The notes beneath the pieces are model-generated. The model was not told where the DNA came from. It worked only from the letters and a program-made list of their open reading frames with translations, and ran no database searches. Both the position numbers and the translations under genes were made by a program. DNA of 64,000 bases, from NCBI RefSeq assembly GCF_006345805.1, contig NC_043006.1, forward strand, positions 87,792,001-87,856,000, read 5' to 3'. Below, piece by piece: positions 1-12,689 of the stretch. The stretch comes from Octopus sinensis. Its lineage: Eukaryota. Numbering within the stretch: the first letter of the stretch is position 1; each line of letters begins with the position of its first letter.

Positions 1-559
1 GTCAAAACGGCTTGAAAGATACAATAAAATATTATGAATGTTAAACATTTAGATTTATAATCCATGTAGGACTGGACAGTTATACAAAAAAGTGGGGACG
101 TATAAAACAGTACAATAGATAATTTAAAATTTAATAAAACACGAAATAAACGTAAAATAACAAAATGTACAGTATTTAAAACGAGAGATAATGGTAAAGT
201 AGACAATTTTCTTAAAAGAAAATGCATTTAAGATTAACTACCATGCATAGGTGGAAACCCATTAGCCAGGTTGACCCAGTAACTCCACCCGGCTCTGCCC
301 TTCCGACACTCATCGTACAAAGTTCTGATACCATCCACTTTATTACCAGTTTAATTTATTTTTCCTCTCTATTTCTTTGTTAAAACTAATCGATTCTACT
401 CCAAACACCCTCTTCAGAGTACACCGTTATCAATTAATGATTACCACCGACAACTGTTGCTCATATATAACACTAATGGTGTCATTGTAGGCTTTACGAA
501 TGACAAGTGCAACCTTCAGTAGATCACAATTTTACAGCAGTGAAACATGGCTCAACACT

Positions 560-890
560 ACCATCATGAACGCCCTCATTGTAGCCCACAGGAGACAGAC
601 CAAGTCATGCTCGGTATCACATTGCAGGGTAAGAAGACACCCACCTGGATGTGGCAGCACACGACAGTCAATGACATAAAAGAACCACCAAAGAAAACAA
701 ATATAGATGGGCTGACCACATTGCTTGACTGAAAGACAACAGATAGACTATCAAGATGATGGAATAGACACTATGACAATGGACAAGATCAAGAGGCTGA
801 CAAAAAACAAAATGGCAAGATTGTCTCACTTGCTACCTGGGGCCTACATGACCACAACTGGCTAGAGATAGACAGTGGTGGAAGGAGTTC
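560..890 (+). mobile_element. Degenerate 3' fragment of an RTE-type LINE (RT C-terminus)
   Basis: Translation across stops and frameshifts gives MLGITLQGKKTPTW...WADHIA*LKDNR*T...RSRG*QKTKWQD. This resembles the RTE RT C-terminus (MLGITLRD...WAGHIAR..DNRWT...RxRGRPKxRWxD). Confidence 0.6.
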
Positions 891-902
891 AGGTAAGGGT
901 TT

Positions 903-1005
903 TGGTACTATTTAAATACAGAGGTCGCGATGCATCTACATAACCCTAACGAGTCTGCACTGTAAAAACATAGATGCATGGGGACTGCTGTATTTAAGTA
1001 GTGCC
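903..1005 (+). repeat. 103-nt imperfect inverted repeat (hairpin or MITE-like)
   Basis: 903-921 pairs with 987-1005 (19 bp, two G.T wobbles). 930-938 pairs perfectly with 971-979. Loop about 32 nt. Confidence 0.8.
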
Positions 1006-3821
1006 AGGGCTTCTCCATCAGGGGTGGTGAAACCCTGGAAGAAAAAGAAATAGCCAACCGGTTGGAATTATGGATATTCTACACTCTTTCTGTTGATGTA
1101 ACATTTACCCTAGATTTGATTCTATGCGGTTGCTCAAGATATGACTCAATACAGTTGCTCTAAGTTCACACTGGCATATTCAGGAAACCCAGTCAGTTTC
1201 TGTAAGACAGATGGGGCTGTTTAAGCAGATTATCAAGGGTTTTCACTACTCCCCTATAGGCTAACCCTACATAATCGCAATGTATGTCTAAAATGTTATC
1301 CATTCTCGACCTTGCACTAAAAAGTAGGACTTTTCAAGAAAAGCTACTAAATGTCTTATGAAATCTAGTAGCCATTTATGCTCCAATATGTTTCTTAGAT
1401 CAGACGAGGAAGGGAGAAGTATATTTTCACAAGAGTGCATGTTTGTATTTTGTTGAGGGGAGGGCAAAACTGGGAGGTATTTTGGAAATGTCTGAGGAAA
1501 TATTTTGCTGTTATTGGCATGAGGGAGGCCCTACCATCATTGTGGCCTCTCTTACTACTTTTGTTCCTGCTTTGGGGCACAATTGTATGTTGCCACTGCT
1601 GCTGTTGGTGCTGCATTGCATTGTTATTGCAGCTCTTGCTGCTGCTGCTGTAACAGTTATATTTTACTGGTGGTGTTGCTGATGTGGTGACTTTCTTTCT
1701 TTTAATCATTTCATAGCACAGAGACTTTTTGGGCAATTTGAAATGTTGTATATGCCGCATCTTGGCCTTTTCACTTCTACCGTCACAATCAAAGGAGTGC
1801 CATGTGACAAGGTCATATAATCCATTTGGACCAGGAAGTTCGTGCCTATTTCTGACAAAGTGATATAACCATAGTGGACTCAAAATTGCAGTGATCTCAA
1901 ACTTCTTAACCACACAGCTACGTTTGTGGTAGAAAATTTAATTTACATCATAAATGCACTTTTAGATGGTGGTGTTCACATGTTGTGGAGCCATCTAATG
2001 ATGACTCAGTTCTGAAGGCTGTAATATCATTTGATAGAGGAACATGGTACAATGAATTCAATGAACAAGGCTCTAACTTTAAATACCGTTTCTCTTGGTC
2101 TCAAATTTATAGAAGTTGAATGATACTGTAAAGAATTTGATGAATGGAGGCCATGTTCATCTTCTGTGTACTACCTCATGTTTGCTAGCTGTCTGCATGT
2201 ATTCAAGAACCAACTAGGTCATGTCTTCACAGTCTGGCGTCTTGACAAGAAAAGAAGTGCTAGGGCTTAGTGTCAGCACCTAAGCACTCTTGTGCCATCT
2301 AGTTGCGAGCTTGTTTAAACAGCTGCTGTCAAGGGAGGTAACTGCGCCTACACGTGGAAGCTGCATTAACATTCTGGTAGATAATAACTGTACCTCAATT
2401 TTCTCATTTAATCCATTACTCAGGAAAAATCTTTTAACAAGAAAAAATGAACTTCAGTATCATGCTACTGAAATAAAGAGCCTTCATGCTTAGTCAAAAG
2501 AATCAACATTTCTCTTAAGGATAACCCATAGTTAATTGCTACAATGTTTAAATCCGATACATCTATCATAGGAAGGGACAATAGCTGTGATTTTTATGCA
2601 TTTCCAACATCATATGGATACATAGATACTGAAATGAAACAGTTATATCGAATGTATCTAAAAATAAACCTATTAAGAGACTCGGTTTGCCAAAAAAGTA
2701 TTTCTCTACAGTGTTCATGTAAAGCAATGCACTGATTCTGTATGAAGACATCTGAAAGCGATGAAATTAGGAAAACTACATAATCTAGCACTTCACTGCT
2801 CCAAGTGTCTTTCACCTGTCATATGTTTGGGGGTGAGAAATTAACTTCCACTGATCTGTAAGTTGTTTCAGAAAAGTCAAATATCTTCTATTATATTTGT
2901 ATCTAGATTTCTCTGAAGAAATTGTGGACACTCTTATGTACGAAATCAATGTCTTTCTTTAATTTCTTTTTGTCTCAGAAATTCGTAGGTGTGTGAATTT
3001 TCGTTTCATGTCGTTTTGTTCATTGTATTTCTTTATTCACCGTTTCTTTAGATTAATTTATCACACACTCTCCTTGTTAAGGGAGATCATCAACCGAAAC
3101 TTCACCTTGATTTCATCTAACAGCCAGAAATGAGCTTATAGAAATGGAAACCACGATCACGAAATTTCTTTTGATTAAGTGAAGGTCAGTGTTTCTGTCG
3201 TGGAAATAGACAGTCTTTGGAATTGATTCAATCAACTACATCGACACTGACAGGAATTTGAATTCGTTATAGTAAGGTGTTGATCGATAGAATAAAGAAT
3301 TGTGTATGGTTTTGTACTGTCTTAAACAGCTTCACCACCTCAAGTGAGTAAATGAAATTAATTACTACAAACAGAATGAAGTTGGTTCAGTGATGAAAAA
3401 GAATTACAGACTTTTTTCCACAACAACTTAGTTTAGTTTTATCAGTTTTTCCATCTTACATTTTACTGATTAATATAACCCTCATACCTCAGCTATATAC
3501 AGAGACAAATCCTCCGTGTTTTCGTATCCAAAGTGGAACTTGTAAAAATTCCTCTGTGAAATGTGTGATACATTTGTTCTCTGTTGATATACAAAATTAT
3601 ATTTCAGGCTGAAAATCTTAGTGTTTTAAACAGACCAGGAAACAATAAAATTAAATGTTAGATTACGTCAGTGTCAGTTCTTCTAGCCAGATACTTTATT
3701 TATCTATCATTATTTCGACTATATCATTTAGTGGTATAGAAAAATTGATTATATATGTATATGATGATTGCTTCATCTTGGGAGGTAATAGCCATCCCAT
3801 CAACACACACACCACACCACA

Positions 3822-4985
3822 TCACACGGTACAATCACTCAGTTGATGAGTCCTTAGATGACTTTTAAGACCAGCCGCTGACTGACAGGATTTAAAGCAC
3901 AAGTGGCAGATATTATTCAAGTTTCTTATATATCTTTGCCCTTTGGAATCTGATTCTGAAGGAATGTTTTTGTGAACTAGCATATGTCTTTTAAGTCCAA
4001 ATATTGTCTTACAAAATTTTTGGCATATGACACAAGTCGTAAGAGGTGGTTGATGTCCAAGATTATTATCTATCTGAGCATTACGATTTTCATGTGACTT
4101 CATATGGTTCACGTATCACGCTTTTGACTACAGAACATGGTCACATATATCACTGTTGATTACAGACCCCTTTGCAACAGGCCCTTTTAAGTTCAGAGTG
4201 CTAAATCATCTTTCCTTCCAAGGCATTACAACCAGTCTTAACAGCACCTCTCCACTTGTTCTGATCTAGAACATCATTTTCCCAATCACTTTTGTTCATA
4301 TCTGGTTTCTTCAGGTTTTCCTTCACACAGTCTTTATACTTTTTCCTCGGCTTATGTTGTGGTAGCTTATCATAAAAAAGACACTTTGGCAAACGCTCGT
4401 CTTTCATTCTAATAACATGTCCAGTCTATCTCATTTGAGCCAAGATGACATGTTGTTCAACTGAGCTGCAACATGCCATGTGCAAAACCTCTATCTGGTA
4501 TGAAGCATTCCTACTTGACTCCTAAAATATGTCTGAGGCACTTTTGATGAAATCTCTCCAGCATTTTTATGTGACGCTTGTAAGTGGTCCATGTCACACT
4601 TGAATAAAGAAATGCCGACAATACACACTGATATTTGTCTACAGGGAAATACCTCTATCCATGCATACTCACTTTCCTAGCTTTCTAAATGCAACACTTC
4701 CCTTCCCTATTCGATAATATACCTCTGCATCAAAACTACCATCTCTTGACAGTGTGCTTCCTAGGTAAACAAAGGTGCCAATGACTTCTAACCTTGTTCC
4801 ATTCACAAAAATGTTTGGTTCAGAATATGTTTGTCCTGGCATGGAACTAAACATTACTTTGGTTTTCCCAAGACTAATTGTGAGTCCGAAATGTACACAT
4901 GCAGCAGAAAATCTGTCCATTAAATGTTGCATATCCCCCTATGAGTTTGCCAACAAATCAGCATCATCGGCATAAAGTAATTCTC
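3822..4985 (-). mobile_element. 5'-truncated, degenerate RTE (BovB-like) LINE: RT C-terminal part plus C2H2 zinc-finger tail
   Basis: ADDADL at about 4975. ORF 4669-4932 QHLMDRFSAACVHFGLTISLGKTKVM...FVYLGSTLS; ORF 4201-4407 MKDERLPKCLFY...KYKDCVKENLKK. ORF 3822-4112 carries two CxxC-x12-HxxxH fingers. Confidence 0.85.
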
Positions 4986-6015
4986 AAACAAGTATTTTCA
5001 AAGTCTTTGCTTTGCATTTAAACCGGGTCAAATTAAAAATACGACCAATGTCCAAAATCTGATTCTGATCCCCCTGTTGCAATTCTTGAAAGCATACCAA
5101 AGAAATACAGCAAAATAAATAGAGAAATGTGTAGGAGCAGGAATATATATATATAGGTTTTCTTTGACAGTTTGTCCTCAAAATTTATTTCATTGCAAGA
5201 ACAGAAATATAGTCATTTGGAAATTTACAAATTCATAAACATTATGATATGTTTTTAAGGGTTTGTAACAGCAATGATATTTTTAGATGAAACTGAAAGA
5301 CCTTCAAAATAAATAACTGATTATTACATACTAACGGGACCTGTGGAATTTTCCTGTTTTATAATTGTTTTTGTATATATTTTTATTTAAAATATAAATT
5401 TACAAATTTTTGTAGCTTGGTTCAATTATTCTAAAAATTTTGATTATATCTTCTGTTCTGTTCCATAGTTAAGTTTGTTGAGGGTAATTCTGAAATACAT
5501 ATTTTGAAACTCAGGAATTATATTATAAGGGCTCTATAAAGTTTTACATCCTTTATTGTATATTGTTTCAAACAAATTGCAAAACACAAATTTTTAAAAT
5601 CCTAAATAACTTAATATACAAATGCATTACTTGCGAGATATATATATATTTAATCAAGTGTTTAACTATCACTCACTTGATGGAGTGTAACCTGGTAGTT
5701 TGTATCACACTTTTATTAGTTATTTTAGCTGCCTATGCAATCAGAAGTAGACAAGCACCATCTCAGGCCTCCCATTCTCAGTCCAGCAGAAAATGAAAGA
5801 TGTGACAAAGGGAGGAAGAAAGAGGTGCATTAGCAGCTGGCTGACACTAATTTTTATTTGAGTAAACCAAATCAACATGAACTGAAGCATCTTGCTCAAG
5901 GATACGATATGCTGCCCAGGTGAAGAAATGAAGTTATGTTCTTAAGATCTCAAAATCCCTGCAACAAGGGCATGTGCCTTCACAATTACAATTATTTATG
6001 GACGTAAGTAGTTAT

Positions 6016-6415
6016 AGGTGCAGGAGTGGCTGTGTGGTAAGTTGTTTGCTTACCAACCACATGGTTCCAGGTTCAGTCCCACTACGTGGCACCTTGGGCA
6101 AGTGTCTCCTACTATAGTCTCGGGCCAACCAAAGCATTGTGAGTGGATTTGGTAAATGGAAACTGAAAGAAGCCTGTCGTATATATGTATATGTATATAT
6201 GTGTGTGTGTTTGTTTGTCTGTGTTTGTTCCCCCAACATCGCTTGACAACCGATGCTGGTGTGCTTACAACCCCATAACTTAGCGGTTTGACAAAAGAGA
6301 CCGATAGAATAAGTACTAGGCTTGCAAAGAATAAGTCCTGGGGTCGATTTGCTCAACTAAAAGCAGTACTCCAGCATGGCTACAGTCAAATGACTGAAAC
6401 AAGTAAAAGAGTAAA
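6016..6415 (+). mobile_element. tRNA-derived CORE-like SINE with internal AT/GT microsatellite
   Basis: Pol III A/B-box-like head (TGGCTGTGTGG...GGTTCAGTCCC), CORE-like GGCACCTTGGGCAAG and (GAGTAAAA)n-like tail. Near-identical copies at 40871-41285 and 51683-52152. Confidence 0.8.
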
Positions 6416-7715
6416 TATAAGCAGGAAATAAATCAAATTTTAATATATGCAAAATAACGATGGAAAACCAGAAAATCTTTATGGAATATACAATAAATAT
6501 TGTACAACAGGACTTCTGGAAAAATGATAATTACATTGTGAATCTTTCAATGTTCTGTAAATAATATAATATTCTGTAAATATAGTACAATTATTTTTAA
6601 TTAAATATTCATATCAATAAATCATTCAGGGAACCAGTTAAAAATGTCTAAAATATTGTACCATTTTTTAATGGTTCATGTGCCAATATACTTATATATG
6701 ATTGTAAACAACTGTTTTTATAGGCTTCATACTCTAGTACATTCACCACTTAGCAATCTCCGTCTTTTGGATAAGATTGAAGTGTATTACTTTACTAAAT
6801 ACAAAGAATGAAGTCTTTAGGTAATAAATTAATCAAGAGTTTTGTCTTTTGTTTTGAACAGATATGTCATTCTCTATAATTAATAAAACTGTCATAAGCT
6901 TATGTGACAATTACATTAGTAAGCATGTGTCTGTATGTATATAGAATTTCTTGTTGGTTTCACATTAATACTGTATGCCGTTGGTCATATACTATTTTAT
7001 TGTAACATAAGCAAACGAAAATCTTGGAGCCAAGAATTTTTTCCTAAAATGATAAATGAATCTGAACTTTTATCTGAATATTTGAAGAACCTGTTATTGT
7101 TTCATAGTGGATCTGTCCTCAGAGTTGTAATTTAACCAATGCTACTCTATAGAGCAATAAACTGAATTTTCTTATGATATATATTTTATAGTTATATATA
7201 TATTTTATATATTTTACAGTTAGCTAAACTGATGCAAAGATTATTTAAGCTTGTGACAGTCAATTGTCATGGTGATGGACACCAGTATCAGGATACATAC
7301 CATCACCTCTTCAAGCATTAGTCTAATACCAATTTATGACCAGCTGTAATTGTTTGTTTGTATGCTCGTAATGTCGTTATGTATATAAATACAGGGTTAT
7401 ACTAATGATATGTTTATATTTATACAGTTTCTCTGGGTTTCTTTTTTGTTGTTCGCAGAAAGAACATAAGAGATAAGGCGTCTGAGAAGTGTAGGACTGT
7501 CTGATTCAGTTATTATTGTGCAATAAACAGATTACTGAACAAATAGAGTGCAATGGCTTTTCAATGATAACTCTACTAACAAAGGAGGTAATTTCCTCAT
7601 ATAAATTTGCTACTCACTGATTACATTACGTCTTTTTTATCATCAAAAGCATCGCCATTGCTATATTATCATTATTATTAATATTATTACTATCATCATC
7701 ATTATTATTATTATA

Positions 7716-7754
<39 letters not shown>

Positions 7755-8354
7755 CTAATATTATTTTAGCATCTTGTGTAATGGAAAACAGAATAGATAA
7801 TTGTCTAACAGGGAACAAGGTGTTTTGTGATTTTGGCAAACTTTTTCCTCCTGCCACTTCTAATGAAAATAAGAAGATTATTAGGAAAACAAACATAAAG
7901 ACATCTATTTTTACAAAAGATAAATGAGATATATAATAAAATTAATATACATAATAAAAACAAAAACATTACAAAATGTTTCAGCAATAAAAAACAATTA
8001 CAAAATGTTAACTTTAAGTACCTCCGCCCTACCAAATATCTTTGTAGTTAAAATGGCTATCAGACTATGTAAGTTGATCAAAACGAACAGTAAAAGCAAG
8101 CTAAATCATAATGGCATTGTCATTAGTGACCATAAATTAATCTCAGATGAAAGTCAGAATATTTTTACAATGTATATTTATGCACGGATAATAACTGTTT
8201 GAGATAGAGAAGTTGGCAGAAAAATACTGATACCGTACACATTGGAATTAAAAGACTACACATTAACAAATTATTAATACAAAGAGGAATGAGTTTCTTA
8301 AACATATATACATGTATATATATGTGTGTATGTGTGTGTGTGTGTGTGTGCGTG

Positions 8355-8385
<31 letters not shown>

Positions 8386-8518
8386 GGAAGTATGTATACA
8401 TATATATATACATATATATAAAAGAATATATATATTATGTATGTGTGTATGTATATATATTTGTATGTATATATATATAATGTATGTATGTATATATAGA
8501 TATGTATGTATATATACT

Positions 8519-8677
8519 TTAGCCCAACCCCACCTTGAATACTGTTGCCCACTGTGGTCCTCCCATAAGTGGGCATCGCATTATGAAAGTAGAAGTACTC
8601 CAGAGGTCAATAACAAGAAAGATAGACAGCATGAGAGGCAATGATTATTGGGATCAAGTAAAAAAACTCAATCTCTA
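8519..8677 (+). mobile_element. CR1/L2-clade LINE RT C-terminal fragment
   Basis: Translates to [15 protein letters not shown]...[32 protein letters not shown], matching the CR1-type RPHLEYCxxxWSP...LExxQRxxTRxIxGMxxLxYxERLxxLxL. Confidence 0.7.
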
Positions 8678-8714
8678 ATATATATATTTATATGTATGTA
8701 TGAATCCATATATA

Positions 8715-8945
8715 TGTATATAAGTATGTAAATGTCCCAAACAACGAAGAACAAACACAACAAAGAAAAACAACAATGCGAGGACATGGTACATGCAAAG
8801 TATTAGCAGACGCTTAGAGAAGGAAAGAAAGATAGGTTTTACATTTCGAGCAAAACTCTTCATCAGAAACAGGAGATGGAGGAAAGGCTAAGAAAAAAAG
8901 GAAGACAGAGGAAAAAAGTCGCATTGCAGAGAGTAGAGATTGAGA
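8715..8945 (-). mobile_element. Probable solo PLE terminal-repeat (pLTR) remnant carrying a hammerhead motif
   Basis: Same layout as the PLE 3' end at 15943-16160, with a shared GTATTAG..CGCTyAG motif followed by the hammerhead-like core. No ORF. Confidence 0.5.
8836..8870 (-). ncRNA. Minimal type-I hammerhead ribozyme motif
   Basis: Minus strand reads GUUU CUGAUGA A GAGU-UUU-GCUC GAAA U GU A AAAC: canonical core, 4-bp stem II, AUGU mini stem III, GUA triplet, 4-bp stem I. Confidence 0.7.
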
Positions 8946-8951
8946 TTTTTT

Positions 8952-8996
8952 TGTCTACTGTCTACCCCAATAGTCAGTGCCTCTCATGCCATCTAT

Positions 8997-8997
<1 letters not shown>
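8952..8997 (-). mobile_element. Short CR1-like fragment, inverted relative to 8519-8677
   Basis: Minus strand encodes IDGMRGTDYWGRQ, homologous to IDSMRGNDYWDQ on the + strand at about 8622-8657. Confidence 0.55.
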
Positions 8998-9028
<31 letters not shown>

Positions 9029-9071
9029 ATATATATAATATATATATAATATATATATATATATTATATAT

Positions 9072-9114
<43 letters not shown>

Positions 9115-9154
9115 ATATATATGTATATATTAATCATATATATATATATAAATA

Positions 9155-9512
9155 ATCATCATCATCATCATCATCGTTTAACGTCCGCTTTCCATGCTAG
9201 CATGGGTTGGACGGTTCAACTGGGGTCTGGCAAGCCCGAAGGCTGCACCAGGCCAGTCAGATCTGGCAGTGTTTCTACAGCTGGATGCCCTTCCTAACGC
9301 CAACCACTCCGAGAGTGTAGTGGGTGATTTTATGTGCCACCGACACAGGTGCCAGACGAGGCTGGCAGACGGCCATGCTCGGATGGTGTTTTTTATGTAC
9401 CACCGACACAGGTGCCAGACGAGGCTGGCAGACGGCCACGCTCGGATGGTGTTTTCTTATGTGCCACCGACACAGGTGCCAGATGAGGCTGGCGAACGGT
9501 CACGCTCAGATG
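9155..9512 (-). mobile_element. RTE LINE 3'UTR-only copy with (GAT)n tail
   Basis: Reverse complement of the 3'UTR of the RTE at 57750-60946 (GGAAGGGCATCCAGCTGTAGAAAC...GGACGTTAAACGATGATG). Confidence 0.85.
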
Positions 9513-9519
9513 TATGTAT

Positions 9520-9573
<54 letters not shown>

Positions 9574-9656
9574 ATATATGTATATATTAATCATATACAT
9601 ATGTATATACTAATCATATATATTTGTGTATATTAATCATATGTATATGATTTATA

Positions 9657-10281
9657 TCATCATCTTCATTGTTTAGCATTCACTTTCCATGCTAGCATGG
9701 GTTGGACAGTTCAACTTTGGTCTGGGAAGCCAGAAGGCTGCACCAGGCCCAGTCTGATCTGGCAATGTTTCTATGGCTGGATGCGCTTCCTAATGCCAAC
9801 CACTCCATGAGTGTAGTGGGTGCTTTTTATGTGCCAGACGAGGCTGGCAAATGGCCACGATCGGATGGTGCATTTTACGTGCCACTGGCACGAGGGCCAG
9901 GCGAGGCTGGCAACGGCCATGATCGGATGGTGCTTTTTACGTGCCACCAGCACGAAGCCAGTCAGGGCGGCACTGGCAACAGTCACGTTCGGAAGGTTCT
10001 CTTACGTACCACCGGCACTGGCATCACAGCTGCAATTTCCATTGATGTTGATCGATTTTGATTTTGATTCTCACTTGCCTCAACAGGTCTTCACAAGTAG
10101 AGTGTTGTGTTGCAAGAAGGAAAGGTATGCATAAGTGGACTGGCTACATCCCATGTAGAGACCATGGGTTATGGTCTCACTTGTCCTGCCGGGTCTTCTC
10201 ACGCACAGCATACTTCCAAAGGTCTCGGTCTCTAGTCATTTCCTCGGTGAGACCTAAAGTTCAAAAGTCGTGCTTCACCAC
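9657..10281 (-). mobile_element. RTE LINE 3' end (last RT codons plus 3'UTR)
   Basis: 10170-10281 matches VVKHDxRTLGLTEEMTRDRDLWKYAVREKTRQDK. The 3'UTR tandem hairpin units and (GAT)n tail follow. Confidence 0.85.
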
Positions 10282-10311
10282 ATATATATGATTTATATAT
10301 ATATATAATAT

Positions 10312-10365
<54 letters not shown>

Positions 10366-10369
10366 GATT

Positions 10370-10408
<39 letters not shown>

Positions 10409-11769
10409 GATTTATATATATATATGATTTATATATATATATAAATGATTTATATATATATATATGATTTATATATATGTATATATTAATCAAATATATA
10501 TATACATAGATAATATATATATCTGAGACCCCCCTTCAGTCACGACACAGACCATGGGATTGCACCTAGAAAGTTACCCTCCCAGGCACAAGTGCGGGCA
10601 AGGTTGTTTATGGAAGTCTAGCAGTCGCCCATGCATATCGGCCTCCCCTCTCCATGCCCCCAGTGTTATCCAAGGGAAAGGCAAAGCCCGATATAGCATG
10701 GCACCTGTGACATCGCATCTCCTTTCTACAGCAGAGAGACAGAAAAACAAAAAATAAACAGATAAAGAGGTGGAGAAGGAAGTCGTAAAGGAGGTTGAAA
10801 GGAAACTCATAAAGGATGTTTGAAAGGAGGTTGAGAAAGAAGTATAAAAGGAGGTTATGGAGGAGGAGGAGGAGGAGGAGATAGAAGCAAGCATACTAGA
10901 GAATGTTTCAGGACAGCAGCGAGAAGAAACATCAATACTAACGAGGATGGAGGCAGTGGCACCAAGAGTGGAACATAGAAAAGAAGCAAGAAGGCTGAAA
11001 AAGCATAGCTGGAATTTTGTGACATATGCTAAAAGCATAAATACCGAAAAAATAATAACCAAGCTTAAATCCGTTATAAGGGTTAAGTTGCTCAAAGAGA
11101 TTTATGGTGAAAATGTAAAAACTATTTTAATCAATAAAGAAAACTATAACAAGTTGAAGGAAAAGTGTCAAATTGAACAGCTGGGATTTGTGGTGGAGTT
11201 CCACGAACTGTCTCCAGTAATAGAAATAAGGGAACTAGAGCCATACATAAGATATTAAAAAAAAAAGGCAAAAAAGAGTAAACAATATGATGCTAATTGT
11301 GAAAAAACAGTGAAAAAAGAAAAAGATTATAAACTGAAAGTAAGAACATTCAAATGGTACAGCATGTCAGTGGGGCATATGCATCCATTTCATCACCATC
11401 GATTTCATTATACGGTTTTCATTTTTCATTCATTTTATGTTTTTTATTCCCACTGTGGCGTTCTGTTTGTCCTTGTTTTGTCCCCTCTGTGTTCATAGCC
11501 TGTGTGCCAAATAAAGAAAAGCTGTCAGTGAGGTATTTTTGTTGGTGTTAAATCATTTTTGATTCTGGTTGATGTAGGTCGTATTGTGCTTTGTTATATA
11601 CTTGTTGAAGGATCTCCCATGAGGGTGAACCTATGATTTGAATTATTGAATTTGTTAAATACTGTTGCTGTTTTTACCTGCGGGCTTGTGATTTTTGGAT
11701 TTGTCTTCTTCCCCATTTTGGGGTGAAGTGTATAAAAAAAGGAAAAAAGGAAATGGAGTGTGAACCAGT

Positions 11770-12481
11770 TCCAGCACATGCCGGGAGTTATGCTTCAGCA
11801 GCTGGGAAAGGTGCAGATTCACTAGAAGTATGAGAAATTAAAATTGAACAAAAGAAGCTGAAGGAACATTACAAGCTAATTAAGAAGGATGGATCCAGTT
11901 TAAAGCTGACCCCTCCACAAGAGCTGACAACAAGTACCAAGAAAAGAACAGTGGTGTACAGAACTCTATCTACAACCACAAAGAAAATAGAGATAGCTAC
12001 AGGAGAAGTTACTGAAGAATGTCTGAAGGAAATTAAGAACCTGACAACATTCTATACAAGAGGCAGAAAATATGGCACAGTGGAGGTGAGATTTGCCAAT
12101 GAGCAGGAGACAATAAATCACTCCACTATGATGCTGAAGACGGGAAAATGGGTACTCTTACCTACCTGCTGTGGCAATAGGTTCACCAGAGTGAGAATAG
12201 GCAGAGTACCACCAGAAATATAAGAAGCATGGCTGGTGGCAGCCGTAATGCACAAAACTTAGGAAGATGCCAAAATTCTAAAGGTGACATGAACAATGAA
12301 GGTAAATTGGGTGGGATACGAACTAGAAATGGTCATCCAGGTCGGACAACAAGATCTAAATGAAATTACTGAAGAAATAATACTACTGGAGGACATATGG
12401 TTGAGAGCGGTAGTAGAAGGAAGACCACCAACTTGCTATCAATGCAGCGAAAAAGGACATATCAGACATTGTAGTAACTGA
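11770..12481 (+). pseudogene. Degenerate L1/Tx1-like ORF1 (gag-like, CCHC knuckle)
   Basis: One frame with several stops: ...VRIGRVPPEI*...LRAVVEGRPPTCYQCSEKGHIRHC. The V.VEGRPPxCxxCxxxGH pattern is typical of Tx1/L1 ORF1. A Glu-rich degenerate ORF at 10760-11258 may be related. Confidence 0.55.
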
Positions 12482-12689
12482 TAAAATGATGAAGGAAACC
12501 AAGATCATAGATAGTACCATATCTAGGAATGTATGAATGGATGATAAAGAACTGCAAAAGATTGAAAAGTGCAACCCCCAGAATAATAATAACAATTATA
12601 ATAATAATAATAATAACAATCTTCTATACAAATGGATGATAAAGAACTGAAAAAGATTGAGAAGTGCAACGCCCCGAAAGCGCAAAGCC

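Noticed and set aside
1395-2300. 172-aa minus-strand ORF and flanking moderately GC-rich segment
   Set aside because: No recognisable domain. It includes a (CTG/TTG) low-complexity stretch and stops in flanking frames. It may be an old TE but I cannot support a call.
3822-4112. Host C2H2 zinc-finger gene
   Set aside because: It is colinear with and directly downstream of RTE RT fragments, has stops immediately upstream, and has no TGEKP linkers. It is the LINE tail.
10522-10730. GC-richer segment that I recall as a cephalopod interspersed repeat
   Set aside because: Single copy in this window, with no Pol III boxes or TIRs, so it cannot be supported from the sequence alone.
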